Source: Edaphobacter aggregans (GTDB taxonomy: Bacteria; Acidobacteriota; Terriglobia; Terriglobales; Acidobacteriaceae). From it: a stretch of 32,000 nucleotides of DNA. Shown piece by piece: positions 24,608-32,000 of the stretch. A model generated the notes under the pieces. It saw nothing but the letters and a program-made list of their open reading frames with translations. It was not told where the DNA came from and ran no database searches. The position numbers were made by a program, and so were the translations under genes. The number at the start of each line of letters is the position of its first letter. The stretch's first letter is position 1. The stretch covers positions 2,970,001 through 3,002,000 of the forward strand of contig NZ_RSDW01000001.1 in the NCBI RefSeq assembly GCF_003945235.1. Reading direction: 5' to 3'.

Positions 24608-27600
24608 ATGCGTTGGAAGCTTAAAGGATGGACGCTGGTTGGTATGTTGCTGGCGTTTCCGGGGATTTTGTGGGTGACTGTAGCTGCGGTGGCGCAAATT
24701 GCTACTACGCAGGTTACAGATACGATCTATCGTGCGGATGGGACGCCTGCTACAGGTACTGTGATTGTTAGCTGGCCGGCGTTTACTACTTCGGCTGGAC
24801 AGGCGGTGCCTAGCGGAAGCACTTCGGCGACTATACCGGCGGGTGGACTGTTGAGTATGAGCCTCGTTCCGAACGAGGGTGCTATGCCGATGGGGACATA
24901 CTACACGGCTGTGTTTCATCTGGATGATGGGACTGTGAGCCGGGAGTATTGGGTGGTTCCGGTGAGCACGACTGCGGTGCAGGTGAGTTCGATTGAGAGC
25001 ACGGTGCTGCCTACCTCGGTAGCGATGCAGACGGTGAGCAAGGCGTATGTGGATACGGCGATTGCGGCGGCGGTATCGGGACATCCGCTGGATACATCGA
25101 CTCCGTATGTACAGAAGAGCGGCGATACGATGACGGGGCCGCTGGTGCTGCCGGGGGATCCGACGGCGCCGTTGCAGGCGGTGGATAAGCAGTATGTGGA
25201 CGTGAGTGTTACCGGAGTTGCGAGCGGGCTCTCGCAGAAGGTGTCTACGCTGCCGGGTGCTACTCAGACGGTAGCTCAGCCTCCAGGGACGGTGCTGGAG
25301 GTGAACAATCTGAACGGCACGGAGTATGCGAGCCAGTACCTGAGCGGGACCGGCAACAACGGCATCGCGAACGCCGTGTCGAGCGCGGATTGTGCGGGCG
25401 GTTGCGAGGTGAAGGCAGAGCAGAACTATGCGTCGAACGAGAATTACGCGCCGACGCAGTGGAACGACAAGACGCATGTAGAGGATACGCGGAAGGGACA
25501 GCGGTTCGACAGCTATCTGAACCCGGAGAGTGTGATGATGCCGGGTCAGGAGACCGGGCAGGTGATCGATGTGGTGTCGACACGAAGCGGAGCCAGTGTG
25601 CTTCAGGAGACGACATCCGCTTTTCCAACTTCGACCGGACTGGCGGTCTTCCATAGTGCGTTGACGGGAGGATCGAATCAGTTTCCGCAGAATCTTGAGA
25701 GCCAGATTCCTTATTTCAAGAGCACCTATGAGGCGTTGGCTGTGACGGGTACGTACAACACGCAGGGTCAGCATGTACTGGCTCCTATGGGGACGACCTG
25801 CTATGGCGTGGGAGACTGCCTGATCGGGTCGCAGACGCTGACGGCATCGGGCGGCTTTCGGGACAATGCGGACGAGGGGACACATCCGTTCGATCTGCAG
25901 GTGCGCGAAGATACGAATGTCTTTCAGGGGACTTGCTCGAGCGGGTGCACGCCTGGGTCGACTTCGGTGAAGGTTGCTACGACTTATGCGCCGGGGACGC
26001 AGGGCGATGGGCGGTTTCTGATCGATAAGAACCCGGCTAAGGTGTTAAGCGCTGGTGTGCTGACGGGCGTTGGCGCGGCGGGGAATCATGCTTCGGCTGC
26101 GTTCAGCGGGAGCGGATTTCCGGTGAGCGTGTTCTTTCAGACGGCGCAGACGCTGAGCTCGCAGGTGAACAACATCGCTCCGGGAACGGTGACGTTTGCG
26201 ATCGCGACGAGCGGTGTGCCGACGGGTTATGCGACGAATACGGCGGCGGCTCCGCAGACGAGCGGTGTGGCTTGCGTGACTGATCCGGTGAATGCTTACA
26301 CTGCGCAGAACTACGAGATGGCGAACTACACGGTGGTGGATGGGACGCATCTGCAGATGACGCTGAACAAGACGCATGTGTCGGGCGCGAGCGTGGCTAT
26401 GGCCGGCCTGTGCGGCTATGGCCTGGAACAGACGGTGGATACGACGGCGGGGATTCGACAGGTATTTCCTGTGGTTGGATCGTACTCTGCCACTGGGCTT
26501 TACTACGTTGGCGGGGAGACTCCGATTGTGGGAGCGATGGGGTCGACGTCGGCGTTTGCGAATGTGACGCTGAACATTGCTTCGATTGCACGTAATGGGA
26601 ATGTGGTGACGGTGACGACGGCGGGCAATCTGCCTGTGGATGTAAATGGGCTGAGCCTGACGGTCGCGGGTGTGGCGGACTCGAGCTACAACGGTGCCTA
26701 TACCGTAACGACGACGGGGCCGAATACGCTGACCTATGCGCAGAACGGCGCGAACAGCACGAGCACGGGCGGCACGCTGTCGTTGATGACGGGAGGGTAT
26801 GCGCTGTATCCGATGGCAGAGGTGTTGAGTGTCTTCAACACGGCGACCAAGAGCGTGGATGGGCAGATGTCGCTGGCTCCGAACACAGTGGCGTGGGCGA
26901 CGAACGACGTTGTGGAGCAGCCACACTACTACCAGGAGATGGTGGACGGGGACACGGAGTTTGTAGGGCAGACGACTCCGCGGCCGGGCGTGATTCTGCG
27001 TGCGGGTATTCAGTATGAGGGCAACAATGGGCCGGGCTTGCAGGGCTGGGGCGTGACGAACGCAGTGCCGGCTTCGAACTATTTCGGCAATGGCGGTACG
27101 CACTCGCCTCCGGATATGGCTTACCTGGCGAAGGGTATATGGCTGCGGACGATGGTTGCAGACGCCGGAGAGCAGGCGGTGTTCACGATTCACTGCAACT
27201 CGCATGGGTGCGGCAAGTGGAACTCGGGCTACAACCTGTTTGAACTGGATTCGAGCGTGGGAACGGACACGGTTGGGTTTCAGACGACGACGAGCACACT
27301 GTCGCTGAACCTGAGGGGAACGGGCTATTCGTTCACACCCCAGGGCTTTAACGCAGGAGTAGTGAATGCGACGACGCTGAATGGAGCGATCAGTGCAGCG
27401 AATATTTCGAGCGGTACGGTGAACGCGGCGCGGCTGCCGGTTTTTGGAGCATCGGGCGCTGGACATGCGGCAGGTGCGGTGCCGGATCCGGGTTCGACAG
27501 CAGGAACGACGCGGTATCTGCGTGAAGATGGGACGTGGGCTGCGCCGTCGGCTACGGTCGGCTCGACGACAGTGTCCGGAGCCACGGTGTCCGGCACAGC

Positions 27601-29209
27601 TACAGCGGACTACAACTTTCTGCAGGGATCGGGGAGCGTTTTGACCGACACCAGCGGGAACGGAAATGATGGAACGCTGGGAACAGGAGCAGCAGCGCCG
27701 AGTTGGACTTCGACAGGGCTGAGCTTTGCGCCCGGACAGGGTGTGTCGTTGCCGGCAACGCTGAACGGGACACAGACCTTTGTTCTTGGGATTTACATCA
27801 ATCCGCTGACGTCGGGACCGCAAACGAATAATCCGTATCCGGTGCTGCTTACATCGTCGCTGCCTTCGGCTGGCGGGTTCAACCTGATGTACCAGATGAC
27901 GGACGCTACGGGGAATTTCATCAACCTGACCTATGCTCCGACGCTGTTCGTCAATGCAAACCACAGGACGGATGCGCCGAATCTTCTGTCGGGTTTCCAT
28001 GTGCTTGCGGTGACACTGGGGACGGGCGGGAGCAGCCTGGACCATGTCTACATCGATGGAGTGGAGGTGGCGAACTATCGCTTGCAGGGAGCTTCTGCTG
28101 GAGTACAGACTTCGGGGAATCTGTTTGTCGGGTCGAGCGGATTGTCGACATGGACGGGGTCAGGGTTCAATGGCACGTTCTACAGGCTGCGGACTTACGC
28201 GACGCAACTGGCGGCGACGGATGTTGCGACGGTGAGTGCGGCGATCCGCAACGAGATTGCTTCGCGCGGCGTGTTGACGTCTCCGCAGCAGCTTGGATTT
28301 GCCACGCCACAGCTCCATGCGATCGGTGACTCGATCACGAATGGCGCTGGAGTGGCGACGCCCTGGTCTTCGCTGCTTTCGCTGGCACGCCAGCCTGCGT
28401 ATACGGTGACGAACTGGGGCATCACCGGGGTTGGTCTGCAGGCTCTGAACGGATCGGAGCCGAATCGCGTGGCGGAACGCTGCCAGACGAACTCGGGACC
28501 TGCTCTGGCGTTGGTGCTTGCCGGGACGAACGACTTCCAGCTGGGAAATGGAACGACGGCGACAGCAGTGATGGGCTCGCTGATGGGTGAAGTGCAGGTG
28601 CTGAAGCAGGCTGGCTGCAAGGTGTTCGTCGGGACGATGATTTCGCGCGGCGGCAATGATATGAGCGGGACAAACTACGATGCGCAGAAGGACGCTTATG
28701 ACGGGTTGATTCTGTCTTCGGCCAAGACTGGAGGCGCGGACGGAGTGATCGATTTCGCGGCTGATCCGCGGCTCGGTGCGGACGGTGCGAATGCGAACTC
28801 GACGTACTTCCAGTCGGACACGATTCACCCGACGCAGGCTGGACAGGCTTTGCTGGCTGCGGCGGCGAGCAATGCGCTGAACTACGCTTACGGCTATAAC
28901 GATTCGAATCCGCATAACGTGACGGCGCTGCCGTACAGCATGACTGCGGGGGATGGATACGTGAGCCTAGCGGGTGTGACGGGAGCGGGTACGGTGACGC
29001 TGCCGGATTGCACGGGGCAGAGCGGGGCGACGTATCGGATTGGGAATCCGCAGTCGGCTTATGCGGTAACGGTGGCTCCGCTGAATGCTTCGCAGCTGAT
29101 CAATGGGCTGGCGTTCGGGACTGCGGTGACGGTGCCGGCGAATGGGTCGGTGACGCTGCGGGATGTGCCGAATCCGAAGACGGTTTCGGGTTGCCATTGG
29201 GAGATGTAG
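24608..29209 (+). CDS. Giant tail-fibre/tailspike-like protein with hydrophobic N-terminus, LamG-like domain and SGNH/GDSL esterase domain
   Basis: Fibre motifs are present: KAYVD...SGDTMTGPLVLPGDPTAPLQAVDKQYVD and GAVPDPGSTAGTTRYLREDGTWAAP. A LamG-like block spans about 27600-28250 (SGNGNDGTL...LFVGSS...FNGTFYRLRTY). SGNH blocks are GDSITNG (Ser codon 28331-28333), AGTNDF and DTIHPT (28817-28828). ATG 24608 lies 7 nt after AGGAG. Confidence 0.8.
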   Translation: MRWKLKGWTLVGMLLAFPGILWVTVAAVAQIATTQVTDTIYRADGTPATGTVIVSWPAFTTSAGQAVPSGSTSATIPAGGLLSMSLVPNEGAMPMGTYYTAVFHLDDGTVSREYWVVPVSTTAVQVSSIESTVLPTSVAMQTVSKAYVDTAIAAAVSGHPLDTSTPYVQKSGDTMTGPLVLPGDPTAPLQAVDKQYVDVSVTGVASGLSQKVSTLPGATQTVAQPPGTVLEVNNLNGTEYASQYLSGTGNNGIANAVSSADCAGGCEVKAEQNYASNENYAPTQWNDKTHVEDTRKGQRFDSYLNPESVMMPGQETGQVIDVVSTRSGASVLQETTSAFPTSTGLAVFHSALTGGSNQFPQNLESQIPYFKSTYEALAVTGTYNTQGQHVLAPMGTTCYGVGDCLIGSQTLTASGGFRDNADEGTHPFDLQVREDTNVFQGTCSSGCTPGSTSVKVATTYAPGTQGDGRFLIDKNPAKVLSAGVLTGVGAAGNHASAAFSGSGFPVSVFFQTAQTLSSQVNNIAPGTVTFAIATSGVPTGYATNTAAAPQTSGVACVTDPVNAYTAQNYEMANYTVVDGTHLQMTLNKTHVSGASVAMAGLCGYGLEQTVDTTAGIRQVFPVVGSYSATGLYYVGGETPIVGAMGSTSAFANVTLNIASIARNGNVVTVTTAGNLPVDVNGLSLTVAGVADSSYNGAYTVTTTGPNTLTYAQNGANSTSTGGTLSLMTGGYALYPMAEVLSVFNTATKSVDGQMSLAPNTVAWATNDVVEQPHYYQEMVDGDTEFVGQTTPRPGVILRAGIQYEGNNGPGLQGWGVTNAVPASNYFGNGGTHSPPDMAYLAKGIWLRTMVADAGEQAVFTIHCNSHGCGKWNSGYNLFELDSSVGTDTVGFQTTTSTLSLNLRGTGYSFTPQGFNAGVVNATTLNGAISAANISSGTVNAARLPVFGASGAGHAAGAVPDPGSTAGTTRYLREDGTWAAPSATVGSTTVSGATVSGTATADYNFLQGSGSVLTDTSGNGNDGTLGTGAAAPSWTSTGLSFAPGQGVSLPATLNGTQTFVLGIYINPLTSGPQTNNPYPVLLTSSLPSAGGFNLMYQMTDATGNFINLTYAPTLFVNANHRTDAPNLLSGFHVLAVTLGTGGSSLDHVYIDGVEVANYRLQGASAGVQTSGNLFVGSSGLSTWTGSGFNGTFYRLRTYATQLAATDVATVSAAIRNEIASRGVLTSPQQLGFATPQLHAIGDSITNGAGVATPWSSLLSLARQPAYTVTNWGITGVGLQALNGSEPNRVAERCQTNSGPALALVLAGTNDFQLGNGTTATAVMGSLMGEVQVLKQAGCKVFVGTMISRGGNDMSGTNYDAQKDAYDGLILSSAKTGGADGVIDFAADPRLGADGANANSTYFQSDTIHPTQAGQALLAAAASNALNYAYGYNDSNPHNVTALPYSMTAGDGYVSLAGVTGAGTVTLPDCTGQSGATYRIGNPQSAYAVTVAPLNASQLINGLAFGTAVTVPANGSVTLRDVPNPKTVSGCHWEM

Positions 29210-29282
29210 TGGGTGGCTTGGGATGGGCCGGGGGAGTTGTCTCCGGCCTGTCCCGGCAAGCGATATGGATGGATGGTGTGGG

Positions 29283-30845
29283 ATGTCGAGGGATGGGTGG
29301 GCTGTCAGGGATGTGGACGAGTTGCTGCGGCTCGGACTCGAGATGAAGAAGAGGCCGGAGCTGATGCTTGCCATGGCCGAAAATATGCTGCGAGTGCGGG
29401 ATCGGAATGGGTTGATACAGCCGCTGCGGGCGAATGCGGTGCAGCGGGCGTTTGAGGAGGCTCGGGGGCAGCGGAATATTGTGCTGAAGGCTCGTCAAAT
29501 GGGCGTGACGACGTGGGTGGCGGCGAGATTTTTTTTGAAGACGATTACGGCGCGCGGGGTGCTGACGGTGCAGGTGGCTCATACGCGGGAGGCTGCGGAG
29601 GGGATCTTCCGGATGGTGCAGCGATTTTGGGAGTGTCTGCCGGAGGAGCTGCGAGAGAACGGCCTGGTGCGGAGCAAGGCGAATGTCGGGCAGATGATCT
29701 TTCCGGCGCTGGATAGCGAGTTTCGGATTGTGAGTGCAGGCGATGAGGGCGCTGGGCGCGGGTTGACGATTCAGAATCTGCACTGCAGCGAGGTAAGCCG
29801 GTGGCCGGGCGATGCGGGCGAGACGCTGGCGGGATTACGGGCGGCGATGAGTCCGGGGGGCGAGATGGTGCTGGAGTCGACGCCGAATGGAGCTTATGGG
29901 TGCTTTTATCAGGAGTGGGTGGCGACGGGTTTGAAGGTCGGCGAGTCGGCGAGTCAGCAGGGCGATGCAGTGGTGCGGCATTTCTTTCCCTGGTGGATGG
30001 AGGAGGATTATGTCGCTGCTGCGGTTACAGATTTGCGGGAGGATGAGTTGGCGCTGATGTCGGCGCATGGCTTGACGGCGGAGCAGATTGGGTTTCGGCG
30101 GGGGCTGGAGGCGAGTTATCGCGGGCTACGGTCGCAGGAGTTTGCTGAGGATGCGGAGAGCTGCTTCAAGGCTACGGGTGAGTGCTGCTTTGAGGTTCAG
30201 GCGGTCGAGGCTCGGTTGAAGGAGCTGCAGGAGCCCGTTGCGTGTCGGCGCGGTGGGGCTTTGCAGGTTTGGCTGCCTCCGGTTGCGGGGAAGGAGTATC
30301 TGGTTGCGGTGGATACGGCGGGTGGTGGCGCGGATGGGGACTTTGCGGCGGTGCAGGTGATCGAGATGGTGTCGGGGATGCAGTGCGCGGAGTTGCAGCA
30401 GAGGATTGGGACGCTGGAGCTGGCAAGAGTTTCGGCGGAGCTGGCAAGGGAGTATGGCGGGGCTTTGATCGCGGTGGAGAGGAATAATCATGGCGCTGGT
30501 GTGCTGGCTTATCTGGATAGCGTTGAGCGTTACGCTCGGGTTTATGAGCAGGGCGGAGTCGCGGGATGGTTGACGACGGCGGGGAGCAAGCCGGGGATGG
30601 TGAGCCGGATGGGGGCTTTGCTGGCAGAGTCCCCCTGGTTGTTTTTTAGCAGGAGGTTGTTGGGGGAGTGCCGGACTTTTGTTTCGATGGCCGGGGGACG
30701 GACTGGGGCTGCTAGTGGGGCTCATGATGATTGTTTGATGGCTATGGCGATTGGGCAGGCGGTTCGGGCGGAGTTGGCGGGGAAGAAGAAGGATGGGCCG
30801 AAGCTAAGGGAGGGGTGGGACTCGCGGGCTTTTTGGGTTGGGTGA
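29283..30845 (+). CDS. terL: Terminase large subunit
   Basis: Motifs: Walker-A-like VLKARQMGVTTW, Walker-B-like IQNLHCSEV, coupling motif LESTPNG, and nuclease acidic motifs VAVDTAGGGADGDFAAV and AHDDCLMAMAIG. The start is uncertain (ATG 29265, 29283 or 29343). Confidence 0.85.
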   Translation: MSRDGWAVRDVDELLRLGLEMKKRPELMLAMAENMLRVRDRNGLIQPLRANAVQRAFEEARGQRNIVLKARQMGVTTWVAARFFLKTITARGVLTVQVAHTREAAEGIFRMVQRFWECLPEELRENGLVRSKANVGQMIFPALDSEFRIVSAGDEGAGRGLTIQNLHCSEVSRWPGDAGETLAGLRAAMSPGGEMVLESTPNGAYGCFYQEWVATGLKVGESASQQGDAVVRHFFPWWMEEDYVAAAVTDLREDELALMSAHGLTAEQIGFRRGLEASYRGLRSQEFAEDAESCFKATGECCFEVQAVEARLKELQEPVACRRGGALQVWLPPVAGKEYLVAVDTAGGGADGDFAAVQVIEMVSGMQCAELQQRIGTLELARVSAELAREYGGALIAVERNNHGAGVLAYLDSVERYARVYEQGGVAGWLTTAGSKPGMVSRMGALLAESPWLFFSRRLLGECRTFVSMAGGRTGAASGAHDDCLMAMAIGQAVRAELAGKKKDGPKLREGWDSRAFWVG

Positions 30846-30901
30846 GGAGGGCATCGCGGAAGTGCAAGAGCAAAAGCACTCGGGTCGCTTCGCTCCCCTC
30901 G

Positions 30902-31000
30902 GAAATGCGGGGGTTCTTCGCTGCGCTCAGAATGACAAGCAAAAAGTAACAACGACAACTACAAAAGCAGAAGCAGATCCCCTTCGGGGATGACAACTAG
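30902..31000 (+). repeat. Composite short-repeat element (D plus E families)
   Basis: AAATGCGGGGGTTCTTCGCTGCGCTCAGAATGACAA has copies at 18783, 19541 and 24523. The hairpin ATCCCC-TTC-GGGGAT followed by GACAAC has a copy at 18829-18850. Confidence 0.6.
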
Positions 31001-31094
31001 AAAGGCAACCGCAAAAGCAACGACAACGGCACACTATAACAAAGGCGGCACATTACGACGGTGGCTAGTATTCTGTTGCGGGGGAGTTTCGGGC

Positions 31095-31961
31095 TTGGCG
31101 GTTTTGGCGGTGCAGGCGATTCGTCGGATGCGGGGTGGGGCGCAGAGCCAGTTGATGCTGGGGGCCGATGGGAAGCTTTGGGTGGTGAAGTTTCAGAATA
31201 ATCCGCAGCATTTGCGGGTGTTGGCGAATGAGTTGATCGCGACTCGGCTGGCGGCTGCGGTAGGGTTGACCGTTCCACAGAGCGATGTGGTCGAGGTGAC
31301 GGAGTGGCTGGTGGCTAATTCTCCTGGGATGCATGTCGAGTTGCCTCGGGGGCAGAGGGAGCAGTATTCGGCGGGGCTGCAGTTTGGGTCGCAGTTTGTG
31401 GGCGGGCTGATGCCTGGGCAGGTGGTGGATTATCTGCCCGAGCAGCAGCTGGATGAGGTGAGGAATCTGGCGGAGTTTGCGGGGATCCTGTGCATCGACA
31501 AATGGGCGGGTAACTGTAATGGGCGGCAGGCGGTGTTCGAGCGGAGGTCGAGGGAGCGGAAGTATCGGGTTACGTTTATCGATCAGGGATTTTGCTTCAA
31601 TGCGGGGGAGTGGACGTTTCCGGATTCGCCGCTGCGGGGGGTGTATCAGCGGAATCGGGTGTATGCGGGCGTAACGGGGTGGGAGAGCTTTGAGCCTTGG
31701 CTGAGTCGAGTGGAGGAGATGCGGGCCGATACTCTTTGGGGGATCGCGGAGGTGGTTCCGCCGGAGTGGTATGGCGGGGATACCGTGGTGATCGAGCGGT
31801 TGATGGAGCAGATGCTGATGCGGCGGTCGCGGGTGAGGGAGTTGATAGGGTGGTTTCGGGATTCGAATCGGGAGCCTTTCCCGATGTGGGAAAAGAAGGT
31901 GAGTGCGGTTGTGCCGAGGCAGTTTGCTGAGTTGAGTGTGGCGGGTAAGTTTGTAATGTAG
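31095..31961 (+). CDS. HipA-like kinase-fold protein, possibly with a degenerate catalytic loop
   Basis: The sequence GGAQSQLMLGADGKLWVVKF...LANELIATRLAAAVGLTVP, IDKWAGNCNGRQ, FIDQGFCF resembles HipA-like kinase families. TTG 31095 lies 8 nt after GGGGGAG. The track start at 30990 lies inside a repeat element, and ATG 31128 is an alternative. Confidence 0.55.
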   Translation: MAVLAVQAIRRMRGGAQSQLMLGADGKLWVVKFQNNPQHLRVLANELIATRLAAAVGLTVPQSDVVEVTEWLVANSPGMHVELPRGQREQYSAGLQFGSQFVGGLMPGQVVDYLPEQQLDEVRNLAEFAGILCIDKWAGNCNGRQAVFERRSRERKYRVTFIDQGFCFNAGEWTFPDSPLRGVYQRNRVYAGVTGWESFEPWLSRVEEMRADTLWGIAEVVPPEWYGGDTVVIERLMEQMLMRRSRVRELIGWFRDSNREPFPMWEKKVSAVVPRQFAELSVAGKFVM

Positions 31962-32000
31962 TGGATGGTTGTTGGATTGCTGAAGAAAAGGACAAGTCAA

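Noticed and set aside
24605-28045. Very long minus-strand ORFs inside the fibre gene (24605-25885, 26045-28045). Similar antisense or off-frame ORFs occur elsewhere: 395-1231, 2225-3634, 6163-7221, 9355-10239, 9993-10982, 19811-20620, 20795-21541, 30126-30725 and 31065-32000.
   Set aside because: Their translations are Arg/His/Pro/Ser-rich and low in complexity, with no motifs. They lie exactly opposite or out of frame to ORFs that carry clear family signatures. This is the typical shadow-ORF artefact of a skewed GC-rich coding strand.
24608-29209. Interpreting the 1533-aa protein as the missing tape-measure protein, because it follows the tube-like gene.
   Set aside because: The sequence is beta-rich with fibre motifs, a LamG domain and an SGNH domain. 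It lacks the long helical or heptad character of tape-measure proteins.
1-32000. CRISPR arrays, tRNA/tmRNA genes (as potential att sites), rRNA genes, and transposase or integrase genes.
   Set aside because: No regularly spaced repeat-spacer array, no cloverleaf-type GTTCGA/T-loop candidates and no recombinase-like ORF were seen on either strand. The absence of tRNAs was checked by eye only.

Overview
The window looks like a chromosomal segment of a GC-rich soil bacterium. The secreted-enzyme repertoire and the repeat types suggest Acidobacteriota/Terriglobia, but that is inference only.

Positions 1-17,072 carry ordinary chromosomal genes whose codons mostly end in C:
- a PQQ-dehydrogenase 3' fragment
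- a Tat-exported multicopper oxidase
- a PlcN/AcpA-type phosphoesterase
- a secreted hypothetical protein
- an M28 peptidase
- a three-gene block (small membrane protein, hypothetical protein, zinc-finger thioredoxin TrxC) bracketed by two copies of a roughly 100-bp MITE/REP-like palindromic element
- a divergent GH13 amylase-like protein with no signal peptide
- an epoxide-hydrolase-like alpha/beta hydrolase
- an AhpC/TSA-like redoxin
- a DUF4126-like membrane protein
- glyA
- a second alpha/beta hydrolase
- an XRE-HTH/S24-like regulator whose Ser/Lys catalytic dyad appears to be replaced

From about 17.1 kb to the window end, synonymous codon choice flips to G/T-ending codons and all genes run on the + strand. 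This block is a phage-like cluster: a zinc-ribbon protein, a sigma-like regulator, an intrinsic terminator, small proteins, a protease-like protein, a scaffold-like protein, a major capsid protein, neck-size proteins, a tube-like protein, a 1533-aa fibre carrying LamG and SGNH esterase domains, the large terminase and a HipA-like kinase homologue.

The window contains no portal, tape-measure, integrase, replication or lysis module. Nearly every intergenic spacer of the cluster is filled with short repeat families and hairpin terminators.

I found no rRNA, tRNA or CRISPR array. All family assignments come from motifs read by eye; no database search was run.
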